Assembly (NCBI GenBank): GCA_963777505.1
Contig: CAVZQN010000007.1
Location: forward strand, 96,001 to 160,000
DNA: 64,000 nt
From: an uncultured bacterium
GTDB taxonomy: Bacteria; Acidobacteriota; HRBIN11; JAKEFK01
Reading direction: 5' to 3'
Position 1 is the stretch's first letter. Each line of letters begins with the position of its first letter. A program made the position numbers and the translations under genes. Below, piece by piece: positions 27,475-39,389 of the stretch. The notes under the pieces are model-generated. The model had not been told where the DNA came from, did no database searches, and saw only the letters and a program-made list of their open reading frames with translations.

Positions 27475-30366
27475 ATGGATTCAAGACTGAACTCTAAACC
27501 ACCCGACAAAAATTCAGCAGATCAATCAAAGCGGATTCAAGAATTGATTTATAAGACTCAACAGTTCGTCTCTGATTTGGAACAGGAAGAAGATCCGGAG
27601 AATCTTGATTCAACAGCCACTACACACCGGTACGAAATCCAGGGCCTTATTGGTTCCGGAAGCATGGGAAATGTCTTCAAAGCCTACGAGCCAAAATTGC
27701 AACGATTGATTGCTTTGAAGTTTCTTCGAAAAGATGATCCGGAAATGTTGTCGCAATTTCTTCGCGAAGCAAGACTTCAAGCACGTGTTGAGCACGAACA
27801 TGTGTGCCGAGTTTATGAGACGGGAGAGATGAACGGTCAACCCTACATTGCTATGCAGTTTGTAAACGGATTGCAGTTAACAGAAGCCGCATTGAAGATG
27901 ACGCTGGAAGAAAAGCTTCTAGTGATGAAGAAAATTGCGGAAGCAGTTCACGCTGCCCATGCGCAAGGGTTGATTCACAGAGATCTAAAGCCGGCAAATA
28001 TTCTTGCTGAAGATCGAGTGGAAGGCTGGCATCCCTATGTAATGGACTTTGGTCTTGCGCGGGATCAAGAGCATCCAGGCGCAACACGAACTGGCATCAT
28101 TGTTGGATCTCCTTCTTACATGGCGCCTGAACAAGCACGCGGGGAAATACGAAGTCTCGATCGCAGGACAGATGTCTATGCGATGGGTGCAACGCTTTAC
28201 GAATTGCTTAGCGGTGTTCCGCCGTTCCATGGAGCAAGTGGTTCCGAAGTTATAATCAAAATTCTTCAACAAGACGTCGTTCCATTAAGGCGCAAAAATT
28301 CTTCGATCCCTCGCGAAATCGAAACAATCGTGATGAAGTGTTTGGAAAAGGATCCGGCACTCCGCTATCCATCTGCTCGTGCGTTGGGAGAAGATCTCGA
28401 TCGCTACCTAAAAGGAGATCCAATTGCCGCACGCCCGCTTGGCTGGCCGGCCAAACTACACAGAACTGCGCGAAAACATATGCTCGTTACTGCGACTTCA
28501 ACAGTCGCCATTCTGAGCATTGCATTGTTTTCTGGTTTATGGCTCCGCGAAAAATGGCATTCGATTGAGCAAGCGAGGCTAGCGCAATCCTTCGGTCAGG
28601 AGGCAAGTGCTATTAAAAGTATTTTGCGATCCGCATACACATTGCCTTTGCATAACTTGACGAATGAAAAAGCAATCATCTATTCACGAATTAAGGAAAT
28701 GGAGTCAATGATACAGAAATCCGGAGCTCGGGCGCGGGGTCCAGGATTACATGCGATCGGAGAAGGTTTACTGGAGCTGGGCGAATACAAGCAAGCAAGA
28801 ATAAAGTTGGAAGAAACCTGGAAATCAAATTATCAAACTCCAGAAGTTGCTCTGGCTTTGGGCCGCACACTCGGTCATCTGTACGAGATTGAAATGAAAA
28901 AGGCAAATGAACTTAAGGACAGCGAGAGAGAGAAACAGATCCAATTCCTGGAAAAGCAATTTCGTGATCCTGCGCTTCATTATTTAAATTTGTCTGAAGG
29001 TGCAAAAACTGAATCACCTGCGCTATGGAAAGGCTATATAAACTTTTATGATCATCATTATGCGGAAGCTTTAGAAAAAACCCGTCAGTCAATGCAGCAA
29101 GTACCCTGGTTCTATGAGGCATGGATGCTTCAGGGAGATATACAACTGGCTATTGGAATTGAAAATCAACGAAAAGAACTATGGGAACAATCTTTACAAG
29201 ATTTTCATGAAGCTTCAAATGCGTATCGCATCGCCTTAAATATCGCACGCAGTGACCCCCGGCTCTATCAAAGAGATTGCGAACGTGCGATTCAAGTGAT
29301 TGAAGTAAAAACAAAAATTGAAAGGTCTTTTCCAGACATTGGTGAAGTGGAACTAAGCTCCTGCGATCAGATGGCTCTGCTAGATCCGAATTGGTCTGAA
29401 GGTTACTTTCAAAAATCCCGTATTAATTTCAGAATTGCAAGCGCCCGCACAAATCGCGGTTTGGATGCCGATGCATGGTTTTATAAAGCGATCGATTTTG
29501 GAAATGAGGCGATAAAAAGGAATCCTGCAGATTTGAATCTGCTCGACTTCGTTTCTCTCTCTTATGCATGGCTCGCTCACCTGGAAACTGAAAAGGGCCG
29601 GGATCCCACACCAATCCTGAAAAAGTTAATAGAATCTGCACAAAAGCAAAAAGATTTTCATATGACCGCTGTCGCTCATCATCAGATGGGGCGTTATCAA
29701 ATGCAGATCGGAATAAATCCTATGCCTGATTTCAATGCTGCACTAAAAGAATTTGAACAAGCAAAAATGGATAATCCAAACTCCATGGAACACTACAATG
29801 GTCTGGGGCGGGTCAGGACTTCAATGGCTGAATATCTAATTGCTCAAGGAAAAGATCCAAGCGAGCTTATCAAAAAAGCGATCAGCGATTTTGAAAAAGT
29901 AGCCGCCAGCTTTCCGAGATATCCTGATCCCCACAATTACCTAGCCCGCGCATTTAATATTCAAGCGTTGTTTGAAATTTCGCGTGGGACACACGTTGAA
30001 GAATTGATCCAGAATGCGATCTTCCATGCAAACAAGTCAGCAGAACTCGATCCTCATCAGGCCGAAGCTTATCTTGAACTAGGACAGGCATTCATTCTTA
30101 AGGGCAAGACCTCACGCGGAAGCATTGCTACATCAAACTGGACAAAGGCACTGGAAGCGTTAGAGAAGGCAGTTCATGAAAATCCAAATCTAGTGGACGG
30201 ATACTTAAAAGCTGCTGAAACACATTTGCTATTAGCAGAAATGAATGCAGGAAACAAAATACGCTCAGGAGAAGAGCGTTTGCAAGCACAGATTCTGCTG
30301 GAAAAAGTATCTTCCTTAAGTCCCAATCATCCTGAATTGCGTCGCATCAAAACTCGCCTGGAGTGA
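27475..30366 (+). CDS. Ser/Thr protein kinase with TM and TPR region
   Basis: GSGSMGNV, HRDLKPAN, DFG, YMAPEQ; TM; helical repeats. Confidence 0.95.
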   Translation: MDSRLNSKPPDKNSADQSKRIQELIYKTQQFVSDLEQEEDPENLDSTATTHRYEIQGLIGSGSMGNVFKAYEPKLQRLIALKFLRKDDPEMLSQFLREARLQARVEHEHVCRVYETGEMNGQPYIAMQFVNGLQLTEAALKMTLEEKLLVMKKIAEAVHAAHAQGLIHRDLKPANILAEDRVEGWHPYVMDFGLARDQEHPGATRTGIIVGSPSYMAPEQARGEIRSLDRRTDVYAMGATLYELLSGVPPFHGASGSEVIIKILQQDVVPLRRKNSSIPREIETIVMKCLEKDPALRYPSARALGEDLDRYLKGDPIAARPLGWPAKLHRTARKHMLVTATSTVAILSIALFSGLWLREKWHSIEQARLAQSFGQEASAIKSILRSAYTLPLHNLTNEKAIIYSRIKEMESMIQKSGARARGPGLHAIGEGLLELGEYKQARIKLEETWKSNYQTPEVALALGRTLGHLYEIEMKKANELKDSEREKQIQFLEKQFRDPALHYLNLSEGAKTESPALWKGYINFYDHHYAEALEKTRQSMQQVPWFYEAWMLQGDIQLAIGIENQRKELWEQSLQDFHEASNAYRIALNIARSDPRLYQRDCERAIQVIEVKTKIERSFPDIGEVELSSCDQMALLDPNWSEGYFQKSRINFRIASARTNRGLDADAWFYKAIDFGNEAIKRNPADLNLLDFVSLSYAWLAHLETEKGRDPTPILKKLIESAQKQKDFHMTAVAHHQMGRYQMQIGINPMPDFNAALKEFEQAKMDNPNSMEHYNGLGRVRTSMAEYLIAQGKDPSELIKKAISDFEKVAASFPRYPDPHNYLARAFNIQALFEISRGTHVEELIQNAIFHANKSAELDPHQAEAYLELGQAFILKGKTSRGSIATSNWTKALEALEKAVHENPNLVDGYLKAAETHLLLAEMNAGNKIRSGEERLQAQILLEKVSSLSPNHPELRRIKTRLE

Positions 30367-30394
30367 GCCCTAACAAAACGCCTTAGCTTCTGAT

Positions 30395-30492
30395 TGTCCA
30401 CTAATGTCCAGAAGGATGTCCGGCTGATGGACATCCTTGGCCTTTCTTGCAATTGATCACGTGCAGGAAAATCTACGGCATCTGATTTGCAA
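30395..30492 (+). promoter_or_regulatory. Sigma54 promoter (GG 30477-78 / GC 30489-90) with putative upstream activator sites
   Basis: CGGCATCTGATTTGCA = GG-N10-GC; perfect 10-bp inverted repeat AAGGATGTCC-N7-GGACATCCTT (30412-30438) plus extra TGTCC at 30395 and 30405. Confidence 0.7.
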
Positions 30493-30516
30493 TCCTGGGA
30501 TCCGGAGGAAAAAACA

Positions 30517-32385
30517 ATGAGCATACCCCCTCTTGGAACCCAGGTAATTCAATTCAATCCGAATGCACCACCGCAAACCGATCCGCATGTAAGCGAGATT
30601 CAGCAGGCGCTGAATGCAATTGCAGGCGAAAGTTTTTTACCGGAAAGTGGAGTCTTCGATCGCGCTACTCAACAAGCTGTCGAAAATTTTCAGCGACAGC
30701 ACCATCTTCCAGCAACCGGGACTATTGATCAGCGGACTTTGGATGCTGTCGAACGCAATCGCATGTCACAAACACAGCAACAATCTCCTGCTCCTGTGCT
30801 GACTCCACAAGAACGAAACCAGAGAACGTCGGAATTTCAATCGCAGGAACAATTGCAGCGGAATCGACTCGAACAGCAGCTTCAAAGTCCTGGTAATGGA
30901 AATCAGAATGTGGACCAACGCGAACAGTTGGCCGAAACAACGGCAGAAAATTTAAGAATGCGGATTGATCCAAGCCAAAGAAGTAGTTTTGATCGAATTG
31001 AAGCAGCAAATAACGAAGCAGAATCGGGTGGCGCATTTGTTACTTCAAGACTTGCAACAACGGCTGGAGAACCAGCTTCCAGAGGTAGAGGTCAAATCCT
31101 GGTGCCTCAACAAGTCGAGGCCACGAGCAACGGACTCACGAATAGAGAAAATCCAGAAGTCCAGCAAACCCTTAGGCAAATTACATCCGTTACTCCCGAG
31201 GCGCTGAATCAAATGAATAATCGCGGAAATGCAGCAATGGCCTGGTACAATCTAACGGCATCAAATAGAGGTGTCAATTCAGTTACGGTTCAGAATAGTG
31301 GACTATCTCAGCAGCAAACGACTCAAATTCGCGAGTTAGCAAGCCAGGGACGAAGTCAAGAAATTCTAAACAATCCGGATCTCGTCCGAACATTTGAAAC
31401 AACAACTGGACTTCCGCGGACAGAATTGCAAACGATGTTAGATTCACGTGGCTTGAATACCAACGCTTATGAAACTGAATACCGTGAAGCTCATAATCGT
31501 TTGAGACCACATCAAAACGAATATACACGCGAGATCCGCCAGACCCAACAAGACCTCATGGGTGAATTCCGCACAGGTCTTAGGGAACACACAAGTGAAC
31601 GAACACAAGCGGCCAGACGGAATCATACAATCGATGAGATGGGACAACGACATCAGGAAATCCAGCAAGTCCTTGACAGAGAGCCAAGCCTTCGCAATCA
31701 ACCCGAACGTCTTTTTCGAGAAGTTGCAGCGTTACGCACTATACGTAATCCTGCTCATCCAGAATTAAATTCGATTCCTGCGGAACCAGGACGAATGGTT
31801 CGCCAACTTGTGCCCGCAGGACCAGGACCAGCTTCCGATAACAATATTGCTTCAGGACTGGTGCGTCACGCAGCAGCTGCGGAAATTACTGCGCGTCATC
31901 CGGATCTTCAATCTCTACTCAATGCACATCCGGAGGCCAGCAATCGTATTCGACTCGGCGACATCGCTGCCTATTCCGAGCATAACCGTATCAATGAAAA
32001 TCAAAATGGATGGTATGCGCGGGGTGCATCTACAGTTTCCGGTTGGGACCAATTCACTGCAGATTTACCAAATATCGATCTGGTTACCAACCGTCAACGA
32101 AGCATTCAAAACTTCAACCGCGCCCGCGGAATTACAGCCCATATTGCCGGATTCGGGAATTTAAGCCAGAACGAACAGGATCGAATTACTGGACAACTCG
32201 CGCGGCTGAACAATTATTCGCCAGCCCAATTGAACCGCGACTTTGGGAAACCGAGTGAGGACTATTCGGGACCAACAACTCTGGCGGGATATGATGAATG
32301 GCTCAGGGGATTGGACGCAAATAATCGAATAGCAGTTAATACCTGGACTCGAATTTACGAAAGACAATCTGGCAATCAACAATAA
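30517..32385 (+). CDS. Peptidoglycan-binding domain protein, Q/R-rich, effector-like
   Basis: GGAGG RBS; VSEIQQALN...SGVFDRATQQAVENFQRQHHLPATGTIDQRT (PG_binding_1); no signal peptide. Confidence 0.8.
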   Translation: MSIPPLGTQVIQFNPNAPPQTDPHVSEIQQALNAIAGESFLPESGVFDRATQQAVENFQRQHHLPATGTIDQRTLDAVERNRMSQTQQQSPAPVLTPQERNQRTSEFQSQEQLQRNRLEQQLQSPGNGNQNVDQREQLAETTAENLRMRIDPSQRSSFDRIEAANNEAESGGAFVTSRLATTAGEPASRGRGQILVPQQVEATSNGLTNRENPEVQQTLRQITSVTPEALNQMNNRGNAAMAWYNLTASNRGVNSVTVQNSGLSQQQTTQIRELASQGRSQEILNNPDLVRTFETTTGLPRTELQTMLDSRGLNTNAYETEYREAHNRLRPHQNEYTREIRQTQQDLMGEFRTGLREHTSERTQAARRNHTIDEMGQRHQEIQQVLDREPSLRNQPERLFREVAALRTIRNPAHPELNSIPAEPGRMVRQLVPAGPGPASDNNIASGLVRHAAAAEITARHPDLQSLLNAHPEASNRIRLGDIAAYSEHNRINENQNGWYARGASTVSGWDQFTADLPNIDLVTNRQRSIQNFNRARGITAHIAGFGNLSQNEQDRITGQLARLNNYSPAQLNRDFGKPSEDYSGPTTLAGYDEWLRGLDANNRIAVNTWTRIYERQSGNQQ

Positions 32386-32395
32386 TCCGATTGCG

Positions 32396-33928
32396 TTAAA
32401 AGATTCCATATTTCGCGAGCTTTACATAAAAAGTGCTGCGGGGAATTCCAAGCATTTCAGCGGCTTTTCTTTTATTGCCATTGGAAAATTCCAATGCTCG
32501 CAAGATCGCCTTCTTTTCTGAGACATCGAGACTCAAGTCATCCTGAGGTGATGCCTGCTGTGGTGCTGCTTTGTATTCTTCTTCCAAAATAAAAGCGCGG
32601 CGAAGCTCGTTTTCCAACTCTCGAACATTACCAGGCCAATCATGTTCAAGAAAACCTTGCATGATGGTTTTTGGTATTTCTACAACGGAGCGGTTGAGTT
32701 CATTAGAAATCTTGTGAGTGAAAAAATCTACAAGAAGCGGGATATCTTCACGCCTTTCTCTTAACGGAGGAAGATGAATCGTAATGACATTTAATCTGTA
32801 ATAAAGATCCTGCCTGAATTTTCCTTGTTTCATATCTTCGCCAAGGTTTGAATTTGTTGCAGCGATGATCCGCACATCTACTTGCACTTCTTCTTTACCA
32901 CCAACAGGACGGATCTTTTTATCCTCCAAAACTCGCAGAAATTTCCTCTGCATATCCTGACTCATTTCGCCAACTTCATCCAGAAAAAGCGTACCTTGAT
33001 GCGCAAGCTCAAAAAGCCCAATCTTATTTTCCACTGCACCGGTAAATGCGCCCTTCTTATAACCAAATAATTCACTTTCTAGAAGAGTGTCGTTGAACGC
33101 CGAACAGTTGATTGAAACCATCGGCTGTTCAGTACGACGGCCATTATAATGAATGTACCGTGCTACCAGCTCTTTACCTGTTCCGCTTTCTCCCAAAATC
33201 AAAACGGTTGCATCCGTTTTTACTACCTTTTCCAACAAGCTATATACCTGAAGCATCGATTTTGATTTTCCAATGATGTTACCAAGGCCATATACCTTAC
33301 CCAGCTCACGTTGTGTTTCGGCAAGAAGATCTTTCATGCCTATTAAATTTCGCTCCTGAGTTTCCACCTTCTTTTCCAGTTTGGCATTCAAATGTTCAAT
33401 CTCTTTCCTCTGCCTGTTAATTTCTTCAAACAACTGTGCATTCTCAATGGATATTGAAATGTGCGAGACCAATGCTTCCATGAGCTGCAAATGTTCTTCG
33501 CGAAGTCCCGACGAAACTGAAGAAGAATCCAAGTAAAGAACGCCAATGATTCGTGTTTTCGATTCATTCATTGGGCGGCAATTCCAGATTGGCATGCATA
33601 GTGCAGCTTTTAATCCGTATGTGCGAACGCTTTCCGCTGCAAGGAAAGCTGGTTCTTTGCTCAGATCCGAAATAAGGAGAGGGGTCCTTCCATCAATGAC
33701 ATTTTGGATAATCGATCGTGATCCTTGGAATTCGGCCACTTCTAAATTGTTGTTTCGATTATCTCTTGCACACTGTATAGTGAGTTTTCCATTCTGGTCG
33801 GCAATCAGTAAATAAGCGCGTTCTGCTCCCGTTAGTGAAAGGCTAGCGTCCAAAACTTGAGGGAGCAATGCATGTATCTCCAACTGCGAGTTCAGAACAG
33901 CCAGCACGTGCGCGAAATCCGGAATCAT
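32396..33928 (-). CDS. GAF-domain sigma54-dependent enhancer-binding protein (Fis HTH)
   Basis: GESGTGKE, GAFTGA, LFLDEV, WPGNVREL, C-terminal HTH. Confidence 0.95.
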   Translation of the reverse strand: MIPDFAHVLAVLNSQLEIHALLPQVLDASLSLTGAERAYLLIADQNGKLTIQCARDNRNNNLEVAEFQGSRSIIQNVIDGRTPLLISDLSKEPAFLAAESVRTYGLKAALCMPIWNCRPMNESKTRIIGVLYLDSSSVSSGLREEHLQLMEALVSHISISIENAQLFEEINRQRKEIEHLNAKLEKKVETQERNLIGMKDLLAETQRELGKVYGLGNIIGKSKSMLQVYSLLEKVVKTDATVLILGESGTGKELVARYIHYNGRRTEQPMVSINCSAFNDTLLESELFGYKKGAFTGAVENKIGLFELAHQGTLFLDEVGEMSQDMQRKFLRVLEDKKIRPVGGKEEVQVDVRIIAATNSNLGEDMKQGKFRQDLYYRLNVITIHLPPLRERREDIPLLVDFFTHKISNELNRSVVEIPKTIMQGFLEHDWPGNVRELENELRRAFILEEEYKAAPQQASPQDDLSLDVSEKKAILRALEFSNGNKRKAAEMLGIPRSTFYVKLAKYGIF

Positions 33929-34280
33929 ATTCCTATTCTACCCTGTAAAGTTTTATCAGATGAGCTCAGTGCGGCATGAAGTTCAAGATTTCCATCTTTA
34001 TTCCAATCGCCAGTAATAATGATATTGGTGTACTACAGGTTAGGAAGATTTGGGAAGCTTGAAAGTCGATTTCGCAATCGCTGGCTTGAGAGAAGGATGG
34101 GAGAGATAACGAAAAATGTAAAAGCTAGAAGGAATACGCCTGCCCGCATGAATCCCGAACCCATTGTACATCAGATAGAAACAGTTGGAAGATTTTAGCT
34201 ATAAAGCCGCACGGAGGACCGCCGGTTCAAATGCTCGCCAGTAATAGGATCAGAGTAAAGTTTGATCCTTTTGGGGTGGA

Positions 34281-34350
34281 CGACAATAGCTGGATTTATC
34301 TAGCCCAACAAGCCGATGAAGGTGACATCTGGCTTGCCACATTGAAATGA
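34281..34350 (+). pseudogene. Orphan 3' end of a paralog of the TolB-like kinase
   Basis: DNSWIYLAQQADEGDIWLATLK* vs [22 protein letters not shown] at 25724-25792. Confidence 0.85.
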
Positions 34351-34485
34351 TCATTGTACCGATTGCCCGTGAGAACTCCTGTACAATTTGAATTAGAAAC
34401 CCTCACCTTCTTCCTAGATAAATAAGTTCATACCTGAAACAAATTCCCGAGACCGCAATCACATTCTTCACCATTTGTTGATATT

Positions 34486-34749
34486 ATGAACGCAAGAAGA
34501 TGCAGCCTGCCTTAGAAAAGGAACGATATCAGATTCTGGATGTGACGAGAGGGTTCGCTTTACTTGGAATCGTTGTCGCAAACATGGTACTGCACTCGCT
34601 TTACTTATAAAAAAAATCGCACAATTCTTATTTATTGCGTCCAGATTCCACTAAGCCGAATATGGCTGAAATATTTTGAATTCGGACCACTGGAATGGGT
34701 CTGGCGAAGCCTTAGCTATGGAAAATGGTTTAGGTTGAGGACTAACTAG
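34486..34749 (+). pseudogene. DUF418/YeiB family remnant (N- and C-termini joined, middle deleted)
   Basis: ERYQILDVTRGFALLGIVVANM followed within ~50 bp by SRIWLKYFEFGPLEWVWRSLSYG. Confidence 0.75.
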
Positions 34750-34874
34750 AGCGGTTCACAATTTGTAACGCAGGAATCTTGCCGGCAAAGCTTTCTTCGT
34801 GAACTTCAAGTTTGAGTTCTGGAACAATGTCTGATGTAAATTCGTATGGAATGAAACAAGCAGGAGGACTGCCC

Positions 34875-35753
34875 ATGAGCCTCGAATTGACAATCGAGAA
34901 TCTCTCGAAAACCTACCCAAACGGTGTTCAAGCATTAAAAGACGTCACGTTGAAGATTCCAACTGGAATGTTCGGATTGCTCGGCCCAAATGGAGCCGGA
35001 AAGTCGACTTTGATGCGCACAATTTCTACGCTGCAAGAGCCGGATCAAGGCTCGATCCGATTCAACGGCATCGATGTACTCAAAGATAAGGATGCCGTCC
35101 GCAGAGTACTTGGATACTTGCCGCAGGAATTTGGAGTCTATCCGAAAGTTTCTCCTGAAGTCATGTTGAATCATTTTGCTGTTCTTAAAGGTATTACCGA
35201 TTCCAAACAACGAAAAGCGGTTGTAGACGCTTTGCTTCATCAGACAAATTTATGGGATGTACGAAAAGAAAAACTCGGTAACTTTTCCGGCGGGATGAAA
35301 CAGCGGTTCGGAATTGCGCAAGCTCTGCTTGGAAATCCGAAATTGATAATTGTTGATGAACCAACTGCAGGACTCGATCCTGCAGAACGGATACGCTTTC
35401 ACAATTTACTTAGCGAAATTGGCGAAAACATTGTTGTTATCTTATCCACTCACATTGTGGAAGACGTCAGCGATCTTTGTAGTCATATGGCTGTAATCTC
35501 CGGCGGCAAAGTGCTTCTCTACGGAGAACCGGAAAAAACAATTAACAGCTTGCGCGGCAAGGTGTGGAAAAAAATCATTCCCCGCACAGACCTGACGAAT
35601 TATGAATCTCAACTTCATGTTATCTCTACTCATCTTGTTGCAGGAAAGACCGTGATTCATGTTGTCAGCGAAACTCAACCTGATGCATCGTTCATAGAAG
35701 TATCACCGGATCTTGAAGACGTTTATTTTTCAACATTGAAGAAAATCGCATGA
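34875..35753 (+). CDS. ABC transporter ATP-binding protein
   Basis: GPNGAGKST, FSGGMKQR, IVDEP; AGGAGG RBS. Confidence 0.95.
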   Translation: MSLELTIENLSKTYPNGVQALKDVTLKIPTGMFGLLGPNGAGKSTLMRTISTLQEPDQGSIRFNGIDVLKDKDAVRRVLGYLPQEFGVYPKVSPEVMLNHFAVLKGITDSKQRKAVVDALLHQTNLWDVRKEKLGNFSGGMKQRFGIAQALLGNPKLIIVDEPTAGLDPAERIRFHNLLSEIGENIVVILSTHIVEDVSDLCSHMAVISGGKVLLYGEPEKTINSLRGKVWKKIIPRTDLTNYESQLHVISTHLVAGKTVIHVVSETQPDASFIEVSPDLEDVYFSTLKKIA

Positions 35754-35781
35754 TTGCGCTTTGCGCCTTTGCGGTGAAATC

Positions 35782-38700
35782 ATGACAATGTTTTGGGAAA
35801 TCCTATTTTTTGAAATCCGTTATCAGCTGAAGCAGCCCATTTTCTATATCGGATGTGCCCTGTTTTTTCTAATGACTTTCGGCGCTGTTACAACCGATAC
35901 AATTTCCATTGGCGGAGGGATTGGAAGTCTAAATCGGAACGCGCCTTACGTCATCATGCAAATCCTGGCAGTGATGAGTGTTTTGGGAGTCTTTACAGCA
36001 ACGGCCATTGTTGCGAATTCCACATACAAAGATATTGAACACAATATGCAATCGGTATTTTTCTCAATGCCGATCACGAAAGGCAGCTATTTATTTGGAC
36101 GCTTCTGGGGGGCAAGTATTGCTTCTATTTTGATTTTTGCTGGAGTGGTCCTCGGCTTCATTCTTGGAAGCTGGATGCCATGGCTGGAACCGGATCGCAT
36201 CGGGCCATTTACAGCTGCACCGTATTTGTATTCCATGCTGATGCTGGTGATTCCAAATCTTCTCATCGCTGGCGTCCTATTCTTCTCTCTTGCAGCGTTG
36301 ACTCGCAGCATGCTTTACACATACGCCGGACTAGTCGGCTTCTTCGTTGCGTATGCTGTCTCCACGATTCTTACGCAGGATATCCAGAATGAAACGTTAG
36401 CCTCATTGCTCGATCCATTTGGGCTTGCGGCATTTTCGATTGCAACCCGTTACTGGACTGTATTCGAAAAGAATTCAATGATTGGCCCGACTGATGGACT
36501 ACTTCTTTATAACCGGCTGCTCTGGCTCGGCATTGCTGCAATCGTACTGTTACTTGCCTACAAAAGATTCCGGTTTACTTCAGCGTCAGGGAAAGTCAAA
36601 AAGAAAAAGTTGGACGTTGAGCTTCCTGAAGTGATTCAACCTGCAATTCGCACTATCGAAACGGCACAAGATTTTTCACTCGCTGCCTCCATCCGTCAAT
36701 ACTTTCAGCAAACAAAATTGGAATTCACAAGCATTCTGAAAAGCATTCCGTTTCTTGTCATTCTTGCACTCGGTGTATTCAATTCGATTGGCGGTACATC
36801 CATGGAAGATCTTTTTGGAACACCGGTGTACCCTGTCACCCATTTATTGCTAAATGTAATTGCTGGCAACTTTTTACTTTTTGCATTTCTGATCCTCACT
36901 CTGTATAGCGGCGAACTCACGTGGAAGGAACGGTCTTTGAATCTCGCAGGAGTGATAGATGCATTACCCGTACGTGATTGGGTCCCATGGGCCTCAAAAC
37001 TTTCAGCACTTGTCCTGGTGCTGATCACGTTGCTCTTTGCTGCAATGCTAACAATGATCGGAGCTCAAATCTATGTAGGATATTTCAATTTCGAAATTGG
37101 CCTCTACTTAAAAGGACTTCTTCTAGTTATTGGAATTCCGTTTATCTTGATTGGTGTTCTGGCTTATTTTTTCCAGACATTTGTGAACCACAAATTTATC
37201 GGTTTCTTGTTGATGATGCTTTTTTTCATCAGCAGTTTTGCATTTCGCGGTTTGCATTTGGAGCACAATCTCTATCAGTACGCAAACACACCCGATGCGC
37301 CTTATTCCGACATGAATGGGTATGGCCATTTTGTGAAACCGCTATTCTGGTTCACTTTATACTGGACTTTTGCAGCTCTCATTTTGACTGCATTGATTCA
37401 TCTGTTTCGCGTAAGAGGCTCTGAAACTTCGTTCCGGCTCAGGATGCGTATCGCCGCGCAGCGATTGAAATTCGGGACAAAACTTGCACTGACTATCGGC
37501 ATTGCAGGAATGCTGCTAACCGGAGCTTACATCTTCTACAACACCAATGTTCTGAACCAATACATTACAGAAGATAGGATTGAAGATCGCCAGGCAGAAT
37601 ATGAAAAGAAATTTAAGAAATACGAAAGCATTCCGCTGCCACGAATCACGAGTGTTCAAGCAAATGTGGATATTTATCCTGAAAAACGCGCCGCAAAAAT
37701 CCGCGGATCGTATCAGCTGGAGAATAAGCGTCAAGAAAACATAGATCGGATCCATGTCAGCATCAACAGAGACGTGAAGATTGAAAAAATTGAATTGCCA
37801 GGAGCGAAGCTGGAATCAGCAGACCGCTAAACACGGCTACTATATTTATCATCTTGCATCACCCATGAAGCCAGGCGACACATTGCCGCTTAATTATGAT
37901 CTCTCTGTTGAAAATCATGGATTTCCAAACAACCGGTCCAATACAAAATTTGTTTACAATGGAACATTTTTTAACAGTAATGAGTACTTCCCGCATCTAG
38001 GTTATTACCGGGAATTTCAGTTGGCGGATCCAAGCAAAAGGAGGAAGTACGGATTGCCTCCGGTAGAACGGCTGCCAAAAATCGATGATGAAAGTGCACG
38101 GCGTGATAATGCACTTTCCCGGGAATCGGACTGGCTTCAATTTGAAACAGTGGTCAGTACGAGTCCGGATCAAATCGCGATCGCTCCCGGGTATTTGCAG
38201 AAAGAATGGAATCAAAATGGACGAAGATATTTTCACTATAAGATGGATTCACCGATTCTCGCATTCTGGTCTTACTTATCGGGACGATATGCAGTAAAGC
38301 GCGATCGTTGGAATGATGTGGCCATCGAAATTTACTACGATCCTGCGCATCCTTACAATGTGGACCGGATGATCGCTGCATCGAAAAAATCGCTCGATTA
38401 TTTCACTCAAAATTTCGGACCCTATCAGCACAAACAGGTACGCATTATTGAATTTCCACGGTACGAACGCTTTGCGCAATCTTTCCCAAATACAATCCCT
38501 TTTTCGGAGAGTATCGGATTCATCGCTCGAATCAGTAAACCCGAAGACATCGATTATGTTTCGTATGTGACGGCGCACGAAATCGCGCATCAATGGTGGG
38601 CCCATCAGGTGATCGGAGCCAATCAGCAAGGCTCAACGATGCTGGTGGAATCAATGTCGCAATATTCAGCACTGATGGTGATGGAAAAAGAGTTTGGAGC

Positions 38701-39352
38701 AGACCAGATGAAAAAGTTCCTCAAGTACGAACTCGATCGCTACTTATCCGGACGCGGCGCCGAACTTGTCGAAGAACAGCCATTAATGCTTGTGGAGGAT
38801 CAGTCTTACATCCATTACAGTAAAGGAAGCCTTACTTTCTATGCCTTACGTGATTGGATTGGAGAAAAAAAGCTGAATGAAGCTCTCGCACTATATATAA
38901 AGGATAAGAAATTTCAGCAGCCGCCTTACACCAACAGCCGTGAGCTGCTTTCCTACATTGCCAAGGTGGTTCCGCAGGATAAGCAGGCAATCCTCACTGA
39001 TCTGTTTGAAACAATCACGATTTACGATCTGAAGACTACGAATGTTGAATCCAAACGTCGCACCGATGGGAAGTATGATGTGACGTTCGACGTAGAGGCC
39101 AAGAAGTTTCGTGCGGATGGTAAAGGTAAAGAGACGGAAACAACACTCAGTGATTGGATCGATGTCGGGGTGCTTGGCAAGAAAGAAAAAAATGGCGCAG
39201 ATCGAATCCTGGCTTTGGAAAAGAAACAAATTCGATCCGGCAAAATGAAGTTTGAATTTGTTGTGGATGAGCAACCTGAAAAAGCCGGCATCGACCCGCT
39301 CAACAAAATGATCGACCGCAACCCGGATGACAACACGAAATCCGCTTCATAA
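35782..39352 (+). CDS. ABC-2 type permease fused to M1 family aminopeptidase; frameshift near 37820
   Basis: About 13 TM helices, then FAQSFP and HEIAHQWW...E; overlapping ORFs 35761..37830 and 37781..39352. Confidence 0.88.
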
Positions 39353-39389
39353 GCGAAACGGAACCTCCGCGGCTCTGCGGTTCCTAGAT

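Noticed and set aside
34875-39352. ABC transporter/M1 aminopeptidase as exporter-protease of the RiPP
   Set aside because: It lies 25 kb away and is a widespread stand-alone module; there is no sequence evidence of linkage.
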